A stretch of 57,131 bases of DNA. It comes from a virus (lineage: Duplodnaviria; Caudoviricetes). This document shows positions 49,625-57,131 of this stretch, piece after piece. The notes under the pieces were generated by a model, which saw only the letters and a program-made list of their open reading frames with translations, had not been told where the DNA came from and searched no databases. The stretch's first letter is position 1; each line of letters opens with the position of its first letter. Made by a program: the position numbers and the translations under genes. Where the stretch lies: positions 1-57,131 of the IMG/VR virus record IMGVR_UViG_3300002898_000197; one strand, written 5' to 3'.

Positions 49625-50098
49625 TTAACTAATTTTTTCTGCATACTGATTATCTGAAGCTAATTTTACACCTAATATCTCATCAATATGAGCAACTTGA
49701 TTTGGTATATATCTGCCAAATTTTATAATAATATTCTTACTATGTTTGATTTGGCTTATTTTATTTTCTATTTCATTTCTATAATAACCAGTATAAATAA
49801 TTATATCGTCTTCAGTATGTTCTCTTATTTTGCTTATTAGTTCCTGCAATTGATTAAAGGTGTCAAATGGTTCTAGCCCAGCTATCACAATAGCGCTTGT
49901 TATAGGATTGTTTATATATCTAGTAACTATTGTATTAACATCTACATCTATTGTTGGAGACTTTGCAAGTACACCGTTTTGGCATACTTGCATTCCACAC
50001 TCCTTTTCACATTTAAAACTACATTTAGGAAAACCAATATACATAGATGGGACTTTATAATTCACAAAATCTTCATCTATTAGCTGATTAATTATCAT
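49625..50098 (-). CDS. nrdG: anaerobic ribonucleotide reductase activating protein
   Basis: CSFKCEKEC cluster, GLEPF, IYTGY, KFGRY, ASDNQ; coupled to nrdD. Confidence 0.9.
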   Translation of the reverse strand: MIINQLIDEDFVNYKVPSMYIGFPKCSFKCEKECGMQVCQNGVLAKSPTIDVDVNTIVTRYINNPITSAIVIAGLEPFDTFNQLQELISKIREHTEDDIIIYTGYYRNEIENKISQIKHSKNIIIKFGRYIPNQVAHIDEILGVKLASDNQYAEKIS

Positions 50099-52023
50099 CC
50101 TAACTCCTTTAGTCTATCTAACTCCATCCAGTCTCTAAGCAGAAATTCAGACTTCCTTTCCTTTGAATATGTTGACATTGGTGTAAGGAAGCCAACTATT
50201 CTCTGATATGTAGTTTCTTTTGGATTACCACAAGTAGGACAAGTTTCTCCATAAAACCCATGGTTATGTTTACAGGCACTAATTTTAGTACAGAAAGCAA
50301 AATACATCACACCTTCATCTGCTATATAGTTCAGCATTTTCCAAGCTGTGTCAAAGTTATTAAATGGAGTGTCAATATTGATGTGAGCAATTGACCCCCC
50401 TGAGCAAGCTTTATCGAGAATAGCACTAAGTCTGACCTTCTCTTGTAATGTTGTTTTAACTCCAAGTGGAATCCATTGATTACCATATAGTGGCAACTCA
50501 TACTCTTCGTCAGGATAAAAGAATCTATCCTTTTCCATTAGGATAGCCGCGGCTCTCTCAGCGGGAATTTCTTCGATATTGATTGAGTAATTCTTATCTT
50601 TTGCAAATTCATTTTTAACATCTGTTATAGTTTTAAGAATTTCTTTTGCAAATTCAACACCATCATCTGTATAAAATGTATTACCAAACTCATCTTTCCT
50701 GGTGAATTTAAATTTTTGTAGGGTTTCATATATACCTATAATTCCAATGGTGTTATATTGAGACTCAAGATTGATAATTCCTTTTGAATAATTGGGAAGT
50801 AAGCCCTTTTCTGCATTCCTTTTGATAATGTGTCTTACCACATCAAGTGATTTTACGCATAGTAAAACCTTTTCTTTTAATAATTCTAAATATTCTTCTT
50901 TTGTTTTTGTTTCATATGAAAGTCTAGCTAGGTTAATAGTATTAACTTTAATACTACCTACTTCTAAAGCAGTACCTCCAATACTGTTAAAATATCCCAA
51001 TTCTTTGACTGAAGACAAAAGCCTACAGCAATTACTTAACGAATTAATATCCTCACTAACAAAAAAGTTACTATCTGCCCACTTCATGTTATGTTTACAG
51101 CACCATTTAGCAAAATCCTCATCAGCAAACTTACCATCCTTTCTTAACAATGAATATGTAAGTACAGGGAATGTCATCATATTTTGACTTCTAACTTTAC
51201 TTACAACCTTCATAAAAGCCTTTTGATATTCTTTTATTTCATCTATATAATCAATAATAAATGTACCATCAGGAAATGTTTTACCACCAAATAAAGCTTC
51301 TAAGTATGGTTTATCAAATATACTGAAATTAGTAAATGCTGATTGGATACCACCTCTAAGAAATGGTTGATTAAGACGATACACAATTTCTTGGAAGCTT
51401 TGATCCCTATAGTACTCTGGCGACTTTATATAAAACCCCTCTTTAACATCTTTATTCCAAAAGTAAAATGAATAAACCAAAAATGAAGGTAGCCCAACAG
51501 CACCTGATGTGCGATTACAGTTCCAGCTAACAAACTCACCTACAAAGTCAGTATATGTAGTTAAATGTTGTGGTGGCTGATTATTAAAATCATCAATGAA
51601 GAATAATCCTTCGTTTACTAACTTCTCAATATCGTAAGCGAAACAATAAGGTTTGAACGTGGCATTATAAGCGTCATGCATATAAAAATGTCCATCCCAT
51701 TCATTTCTAAGCCACTCGTTTGCCGTTTTAAAACCATATCTTTTATTTAACTCGTAAAAAATTTTATTGTAGCCGATGAGCTTAGAGTGTGGTTTACTCA
51801 TTTCATTTTCAAGTGTAACAATGTCTTTGTGCCCCACGTTTGAGTTGCCATCTATACTAGCATCTGCAACTGTCTGCTTATCTACAAAATTATCTATAAA
51901 ATCTGTATAACTTAATTGTGCATCTGAAAAACCATTTAGTTTAGCTAATTCTTCTCCATAATCGGCTAACATCCTATTAAAAGCTGTTGTAAAGTTTTTG
52001 TTTAATTTAATGTTTATATTCAT
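50095..52023 (-). CDS. nrdD: anaerobic ribonucleoside-triphosphate reductase (no ATP cone)
   Basis: YMHD, PYC, NCCRL, PAE, CPTCG and glycyl-radical RIVGFL motifs. Confidence 0.95.
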   Translation of the reverse strand: MNINIKLNKNFTTAFNRMLADYGEELAKLNGFSDAQLSYTDFIDNFVDKQTVADASIDGNSNVGHKDIVTLENEMSKPHSKLIGYNKIFYELNKRYGFKTANEWLRNEWDGHFYMHDAYNATFKPYCFAYDIEKLVNEGLFFIDDFNNQPPQHLTTYTDFVGEFVSWNCNRTSGAVGLPSFLVYSFYFWNKDVKEGFYIKSPEYYRDQSFQEIVYRLNQPFLRGGIQSAFTNFSIFDKPYLEALFGGKTFPDGTFIIDYIDEIKEYQKAFMKVVSKVRSQNMMTFPVLTYSLLRKDGKFADEDFAKWCCKHNMKWADSNFFVSEDINSLSNCCRLLSSVKELGYFNSIGGTALEVGSIKVNTINLARLSYETKTKEEYLELLKEKVLLCVKSLDVVRHIIKRNAEKGLLPNYSKGIINLESQYNTIGIIGIYETLQKFKFTRKDEFGNTFYTDDGVEFAKEILKTITDVKNEFAKDKNYSINIEEIPAERAAAILMEKDRFFYPDEEYELPLYGNQWIPLGVKTTLQEKVRLSAILDKACSGGSIAHINIDTPFNNFDTAWKMLNYIADEGVMYFAFCTKISACKHNHGFYGETCPTCGNPKETTYQRIVGFLTPMSTYSKERKSEFLLRDWMELDRLKELG

Positions 52024-52026
52024 ATT

Positions 52027-52233
52027 TTATGTCCTTTCATTAACCCAGTTATTTGCCTGTGCAAAGTTCATTATTGTTTCGCCCACTTCTAATACAGGCA
52101 TTGACATAAAGCCTTTTTCTATCATTAAATAAATATCATTTATCTCCTGATATTCAATCCCCTTTTCTTTCAATTTGGCTTCTAATACCCTACACTGAGG
52201 GCATTTATTACTGTATAATATAACCTTTGCCAT
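52027..52233 (-). CDS. glutaredoxin (NrdH-like)
   Basis: CPQC active site, SMPVL; adjacent to nrdD. Confidence 0.88.
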   Translation of the reverse strand: MAKVILYSNKCPQCRVLEAKLKEKGIEYQEINDIYLMIEKGFMSMPVLEVGETIMNFAQANNWVNERT

Positions 52234-52318
52234 TTAGTACCTCCTTATTATGTTATTTTTTATACTAAACCTACTAAGTAGGATAGTTTCATTTATTGTT
52301 TACCATAACTTAATTAAT

Positions 52319-52657
52319 TTAATTACTTAATGTTACATACTTGTCACAAAAATCATCAATCTCGAATATTTCTAAATGCTTATAATCCTCCAATATCATA
52401 TCATTAGTTAAAATTTTACGAAAAGAATTATCTCTTCCTTCAATTGTTGGTATAGTTATATTACCTATTTTTCCACAAATAGTACAATAGTTACCTAAAT
52501 GTAGACGATCTACTATACGTTCACCTGTATTATATTTTAAAACAATTTTAATTTTTAATAAACAATCCTCATATGTATGCTTATGCCTAGACTTCTTAGG
52601 TGGATGTCTAGTGGATTTCTTTTTGTATTTAGGAATATCGTCTGGAATATTAATCAT
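52319..52657 (-). CDS. hypothetical protein with His/Cys metal site
   Basis: HKH.Y..C...YCTICG. Confidence 0.7.
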   Translation of the reverse strand: MINIPDDIPKYKKKSTRHPPKKSRHKHTYEDCLLKIKIVLKYNTGERIVDRLHLGNYCTICGKIGNITIPTIEGRDNSFRKILTNDMILEDYKHLEIFEIDDFCDKYVTLSN

Positions 52658-52684
52658 ATTATCACTCTCCTTTGAAACTATTGA

Positions 52685-52876
52685 TTATTTATACTTCCAA
52701 TCACTCAACCAATTTTTTATATTCAAGTAGATTGAATACATTAACGGTAGAGCAATAAGATTATTACCAAGTTTAGATGGTATTGCCCTTGTCAATGTCC
52801 AAAAAAAGAGTATCAAGGTTACCAACCCAAAAGTAGTTAAATATATTACTATATCTTTCTTATGTTTATTTATCAT
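52685..52876 (-). CDS. small membrane protein
   Basis: Two hydrophobic segments. Confidence 0.6.
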   Translation of the reverse strand: MINKHKKDIVIYLTTFGLVTLILFFWTLTRAIPSKLGNNLIALPLMYSIYLNIKNWLSDWKYK

Positions 52877-52905
52877 TCTTATTCGACCCTCTCTTATTGA
52901 TTGTG

Positions 52906-53139
52906 TTATTCCCCTTTTATCTCATCTTCCTTAATAGCTAATCCAGTCTCACAAAACTTCTTAATATCTTTAACCACTCTTAGTAAATCATTTTTAGTAT
53001 TATTACGACTTACGTTCTTTACTTTATCGTATATTACACCTGATATAGATTTTGCACCTATACCTATTCCTTGTAATCTAGCTTTTTCTAATTCTGCTTT
53101 TAACCTTTCTTCAAATTGCTTTTCTTGTTCTGATGTCAT
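52906..53139 (-). CDS. hypothetical protein
   Basis: RBS aaggagg. Confidence 0.7.
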   Translation of the reverse strand: MTSEQEKQFEERLKAELEKARLQGIGIGAKSISGVIYDKVKNVSRNNTKNDLLRVVKDIKKFCETGLAIKEDEIKGE

Positions 53140-53159
53140 GTTTTATTCCTCCTTTTAAT

Positions 53160-53420
53160 TTATTTAAACTTTATAGTCTTATACTTCTTCATTGCATCTT
53201 TCCTGTTATCAAAGATGTTATCTTTTTCATTTATATCTATGTATATACTTATGCCTTTATTTGGGATAAGTCCAATTATAACATCAGGATAAATCGTCCT
53301 CGTCTCAAGAAATAACACTTCTTTTATGTGAAGATTGGATAGAACACGTAGGTAATAAATATCCTGACCTTTTTCGTATAAATCTTCATAGTTAAAGCCC
53401 ATTTTGACTATCCCAATCAA
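53160..53420 (-). CDS. hypothetical protein
   Basis: ORF in operon; start uncertain (53420 or 53402). Confidence 0.6.
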   Translation of the reverse strand: MIGIVKMGFNYEDLYEKGQDIYYLRVLSNLHIKEVLFLETRTIYPDVIIGLIPNKGISIYIDINEKDNIFDNRKDAMKKYKTIKFK

Positions 53421-53613
53421 ATGCTATATTACAACACTTGCAATGTGTTGCAAGAGGATATAAAACATAACCCTCTTCGTCCAAACTTAAATAGAATTTA
53501 GAACCACATTTAGGACACATAAACTCTGGATATTGTAATTGCATTAGCATAGGCTTCGCTTTATCTTTCATATTATCCTCGTCCCCTTTCATCTTTAATA
53601 ATAATCTTTCCAC
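53392..53613 (-). CDS. small Zn-finger protein
   Basis: CPKCG...CKCC; start probably the internal Met after RBS aagggg. Confidence 0.6.
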   Translation of the reverse strand: MERLLLKMKGDEDNMKDKAKPMLMQLQYPEFMCPKCGSKFYLSLDEEGYVLYPLATHCKCCNIAFDWDSQNGL

Positions 53614-53792
53614 ATTTCATCCCAATATTTTTCACTTTCAATGAAGCAACTTTTACAGCATATAATATAATTTGATTCTTCATCATGGTACATAGTACTC
53701 ATTCTTTTACGTTTTGGATAACGCAACCATCTACTGCATATGTCACAATATCCGAATATCTTTTTGATTAATTTCATATGTATTACTTTCAA
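53595..53792 (-). CDS. small Cys-rich hypothetical protein
   Basis: CDIC...CCKSC. Confidence 0.6.
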   Translation of the reverse strand: MKVIHMKLIKKIFGYCDICSRWLRYPKRKRMSTMYHDEESNYIICCKSCFIESEKYWDEMWKDYY

Positions 53793-53817
53793 TATATAAA
53801 ATATATCCCTTATAATA

Positions 53818-54408
53818 TTATATTACCTTTATCTTTGAAAACTCTGGGTAATTCCCTTTTTGCCAAACATAATGAGCATAAGCTACACTATCTGTCCCTT
53901 TACCTTTGATAAAGCTCATGCGTTTATGATGTACGAATATGTATTGTGGCATATAATTATCAAAAAACTCTTTTCTAGCTTTTGTTTCTAAGAAATTAAG
54001 TCTTAATAACATAATCACATAACCACCATCTTCTACATCATTTAATGCCTTTTGTATTATAGGAAGTGCTTGATTGAATGGTGGATTAGTAATGATGATA
54101 TTAGGTTCAAACGACTTGACATCTAGTTGTAAATAGTCTCCCTTTGTTTCTGCTAATGAATCTTCCCTAATATCAATACAGTTTATATTGCAATTACCAA
54201 ATACATTTTTTATAGCCTCTGGGTATGACATTGATTCATATGGTTCTATTTTCCCACCTGCACATGGGTCAATAATTTTATAACTATTCCAAGGTATTTG
54301 AATTGTGTTATTTAACTCACGAAGAAATAATTCTATATCTTTAACTGGCGTTTTATAGTAATCCGCTATATGTTGTTTTCTTGCATCACTTCTATTAGTA
54401 CTACTCAT
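53818..54408 (-). CDS. small DNA adenine methyltransferase
   Basis: DYYKTP, IDPCAGG, ITNPPF, LLRLNFLE motifs. Confidence 0.88.
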   Translation of the reverse strand: MSSTNRSDARKQHIADYYKTPVKDIELFLRELNNTIQIPWNSYKIIDPCAGGKIEPYESMSYPEAIKNVFGNCNINCIDIREDSLAETKGDYLQLDVKSFEPNIIITNPPFNQALPIIQKALNDVEDGGYVIMLLRLNFLETKARKEFFDNYMPQYIFVHHKRMSFIKGKGTDSVAYAHYVWQKGNYPEFSKIKVI

Positions 54409-54443
54409 TTGTTGCCTCCTTTCTCAATCAAATATATCTTTTA

Positions 54444-54833
54444 TTAATTCGATATAAAATCCATACCACAATCTTTAAATAAGTTTAGTTGCTGATTCTT
54501 TTTCACTAGGTAATTGTAATCTATTTTATCACAGCTATTTTGATATATTACCTCACCAATCATTCCAATAACCACACAGACCACAAGCGATATATAAGAG
54601 TTAACCCCAAACATCATTAGTGCAATAAACATTGGCAAAAATATGCCACATAGCATCCAAATATCAAATACATGCACTCTATTTGATGCGTAATCATGCT
54701 CTTTTGCAACTATTTTGTCTATTTTATTTAATTTTTCATATGTATATCCATCCCACTTTTTATAAAAATGTATTAGTGTTTGTAAATCTCTTTTCTCATA
54801 ATCTTCAAGGTTAAAAAAGTCAATTATTCTCAC
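54444..54833 (-). CDS. membrane protein
   Basis: Two TM segments. Confidence 0.7.
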   Translation of the reverse strand: MRIIDFFNLEDYEKRDLQTLIHFYKKWDGYTYEKLNKIDKIVAKEHDYASNRVHVFDIWMLCGIFLPMFIALMMFGVNSYISLVVCVVIGMIGEVIYQNSCDKIDYNYLVKKNQQLNLFKDCGMDFISN

Positions 54834-54848
54834 CCTCTTTCCATAAAA

Positions 54849-55085
54849 TCATCCTTTTATTTTCTCTTCTTTATAGTTGCTTAACATACCGTGCATATAC
54901 CAATCAGTAATCAATCCATTATATCCATAGTTTACGATAGCACCGTCATGCTTATAAACCTCTATAATCTCCCCCATTCCATCCATGAGCCTATAATAGC
55001 GCCCTAAGTCCTCCCAGCCCAAGCACAAAACACCCAAGTCAACATCTTTTTTAACATATAAATTCATTTGTTCCACACCTCTCAA
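54849..55085 (-). CDS. hypothetical protein
   Basis: Probable start ATG 55067 after RBS gaggtg. Confidence 0.65.
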   Translation of the reverse strand: MRGVEQMNLYVKKDVDLGVLCLGWEDLGRYYRLMDGMGEIIEVYKHDGAIVNYGYNGLITDWYMHGMLSNYKEEKIKG

Positions 55086-55101
55086 TCAAACTGCAATTTT
55101 A

Positions 55102-55686
55102 TTAAATGATTTGCCAAAAAATTATCGGCTCATTTCTAATTCCTACTCCTTGTGGATATTTTGTAACTTCTAACCATCTGTTATGTATTCCATATGTGTA
55201 TAACGTTTCTAAATCTCGTTTAATTGAGTGCCTATCTATTCCATATATATTATTTATAATATGCCATTCAGAGATTTCTTCTGATACATTTCCGTAGCAT
55301 GATAGGAGTGGATGTCTATACATATGTCTTAGTGGTATTTTTAACTCAGAAGCCTCAAAAATAAAGTCTCCGTTTTTTTCTATTTTTGTTACTAAATTAT
55401 AGTTTTGAATATCGTCATATTTAATTCCGTCGCTAATAATTAGTTTATAATCATTTTTCTCAGCTATATCCCATATGTTTTTTATGTAATTTACATCGTT
55501 TTCTGATTGATCTACAATGTAAAATGGCAGGTCTTCCTTAATTACTTCATGGTCTGTTCTAATAGTGCAAAAATTGAGTTGGTCTATTAGTTGTATATAT
55601 TCTTCATATGAGTTGGGAATATAAAACTTATGTACATTTAACCCCATGCTAACAATATTTTTCAAACTTTTAATCTTATCAAACAT
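55102..55686 (-). CDS. hypothetical protein
   Basis: 194 aa, RBS aaggga; bounded by dyad motifs on both sides. Confidence 0.75.
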   Translation of the reverse strand: MFDKIKSLKNIVSMGLNVHKFYIPNSYEEYIQLIDQLNFCTIRTDHEVIKEDLPFYIVDQSENDVNYIKNIWDIAEKNDYKLIISDGIKYDDIQNYNLVTKIEKNGDFIFEASELKIPLRHMYRHPLLSCYGNVSEEISEWHIINNIYGIDRHSIKRDLETLYTYGIHNRWLEVTKYPQGVGIRNEPIIFWQII

Positions 55687-55772
55687 TCAATCTCCCTTCT
55701 CAATCAAACCGTAGTTTTATTTTCCACACGTTATTCTTCATTATTGAAGAAAATCATTCACTAGTTAAAATT

Positions 55773-55934
55773 TTACTTTCTATTTGAATCATACATTAGA
55801 TGTATTTTTAAAAGCAACCACGCTTCTTTCGACTCTTGAAATTCCATTAATATAAATTGTTTAATCATATTTTTAAATAACCACCAGCAATGCTTCCAGT
55901 CTTTTTTGTCAAAATTTAATATTCTTTTTATCAT
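55773..55934 (-). CDS. 53-aa hypothetical protein (not in the ORF track)
   Basis: MIKRILNFDKKDWKHCWW...; RBS aagggg. Confidence 0.55.
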   Translation of the reverse strand: MIKRILNFDKKDWKHCWWLFKNMIKQFILMEFQESKEAWLLLKIHLMYDSNRK

Positions 55935-56139
55935 ATTTCCCCTTTATTTTAAACATTTTATTTTGTATTGATTTACCAAAATAATAAATAGAACGCATTA
56001 AAAACATTGATAGTAAACCAACAAAGCCATAGCCAATAAGTGCAGTTGTTGATTCGTCTGCATCCGATATAATAAATGTAATCAAAGTTATTGTTTGTCA
56101 TATAATTATTCCTAATAGAATAAATAAAAGTTTATCCAT
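55909..56139 (-). pseudogene. small membrane protein gene with an in-frame TGA at codon 14
   Basis: RBS gaggag, MDKLLFILLGIII*QTITLITFII...; hydrophobic frame continues past the stop. Confidence 0.5.
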
Positions 56140-56173
56140 TTAACCCCTCTCCTCGTGTGCAGGTCTTATACTC

Positions 56174-56362
56174 TCAAACTCTGCTTCTGTTATTAATTTC
56201 CTGTAATGCTTCTAATCTCATATCTTCTTTAATATCTACAATCCAGCCGTCAATATTAAAACACATTTTAACATTTGAAGAGAAATCAACATATATTTGC
56301 TCTATATATTTTTGTCTTAACTTTTTTAATCTATTAATAAATGTATAATCGTTTCTTATCAA
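56174..56362 (-). CDS. hypothetical protein
   Basis: RBS aaggag. Confidence 0.6.
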   Translation of the reverse strand: MIRNDYTFINRLKKLRQKYIEQIYVDFSSNVKMCFNIDGWIVDIKEDMRLEALQEINNRSRV

Positions 56363-56415
56363 AATTTCACTCCTTTCAATAAAAGTGATATTTTATTAAT
56401 ACCCACACATGTAGT

Positions 56416-56598
56416 TTATCTTATAGGTTTTACATTAATTACTTCATCCACACCAACATCAAGATTATCACTCAAATAGTCAATAATCATTTTATCAGAA
56501 ACAGCTATTGGCATATTATCTTCTCTTATTTCTTCAAATGAATCAATTGGTAAGTCAATTATATATTCGGTTCTTGTAACTACTCTCACTTTTGCCAT
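56416..56598 (-). CDS. hypothetical protein
   Basis: RBS aaggag. Confidence 0.65.
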   Translation of the reverse strand: MAKVRVVTRTEYIIDLPIDSFEEIREDNMPIAVSDKMIIDYLSDNLDVGVDEVINVKPIR

Positions 56599-56705
56599 AC
56601 CCTTCTCCTTTCAATCAAATAAAATCAAATCAAATTGATGTTTTATTGCAAAATACGATTTTAGAAACCCTATGAAATCAACGTTTCGTGGGTGTTGATT
56701 TTTTG

Positions 56706-57131
56706 TTAATTGTACCTTTCAACCACCAAACTATCCTTTTGAACAGTGGTTATTGCATTGGAGATTTCGTCATTTCTTAGTTCTAGTTGTTGTTCAATCT
56801 TTCCATCTTTATTATATCTACCTCTCATAGCGGCAGGAGTTACCACGTAATTATTCTCTTGAAGATTTTCACGATAACTTCTATCTTTCACTATTATTTT
56901 TTCATCGGCACTAGCACTTGTTATTGTGGGTGCAATCCCTTCTTCTAAGTAGCAACGATTAGATTTTTCATAAACTCCTTCTCGTATTTCAAAAGTGGTT
57001 ATTGCTTTATCAAATTCAGTTGTGGTTATACTTAATAGCTCTTTAAGTTGATACCATATATCTTCATCTGGTATAGAAAAACAATTATCCTTTCTGAACC
57101 AATGTTCTACTAATGTCATAGGCTTATTTAA
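56706..57131 (-). CDS. partial gene running off the window; resembles the variable region of phage cytosine methyltransferases
   Basis: Frame open to the window edge; GIAPTIT and EQQLELR.D..SNAITTVQKD segments. Confidence 0.55.
   Translation of the reverse strand, partial: LNKPMTLVEHWFRKDNCFSIPDEDIWYQLKELLSITTTEFDKAITTFEIREGVYEKSNRCYLEEGIAPTITSASADEKIIVKDRSYRENLQENNYVVTPAAMRGRYNKDGKIEQQLELRNDEISNAITTVQKDSLVVERYN

Larger units (their letters stand above)
84..56646. repeat. dispersed 18-bp dyad ATVAAA-N6-TTTTAT at gene boundaries
   Basis: Copies start at 84, 864, 3819, 9507, 25131, 39110, 54427, 54843, 55085, 55703, 56379, 56629; near match at 53796. Confidence 0.85.

Noticed and set aside
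55909-56139. Genome-wide UGA-to-Trp recoding
   Set aside because: Several genes end cleanly at TGA, long genes have no internal TGA, and TGG is used normally
1-57131. CRISPR array, DGR, IS element, group I/II intron or intein
   Set aside because: No regular repeat-spacer array, RT or transposase; nrdD, terminase and yonO appear uninterrupted and of ordinary length

Overview
A 57-kb, very AT-rich segment of a large SPbeta-like temperate siphophage, probably from an anaerobic Firmicute (inferred from composition and class III RNR). No host genes are visible, and a candidate intact attP suggests the excised or virion form. The + strand carries a DNA methyltransferase, a YonO-type single-subunit RNA polymerase, and a DIP1984-like coiled-coil gene followed by a ~0.9-kb cluster of structured RNAs with tRNA-Thr(UGU). 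It continues with PIN-PhoH, YonK/YonJ-like, HU, packaging/head/tail genes (RusA and a tyrosine recombinase embedded), holin and endolysin. The - strand carries a large serine integrase and an early/accessory region (nucleotidase, ThyX, SleB-like hydrolase, dUTPase, NrdDG, glutaredoxin, methyltransferases, many small ORFs). Most notable: (1) a ~440-nt ornate RNA closed by a 26-bp stem directly behind the DIP1984-like gene; (2) at least 12 copies of an 18-bp ATVAAA-N6-TTTTAT dyad at gene boundaries, suggesting a recombinase-driven gene-cassette system; (3) a candidate attP, candidate YonO promoter motifs, antisense promoters, non-canonical start codons and a frameshifted nucleotidase. All family assignments are from motif recognition and synteny by eye; no searches were run.
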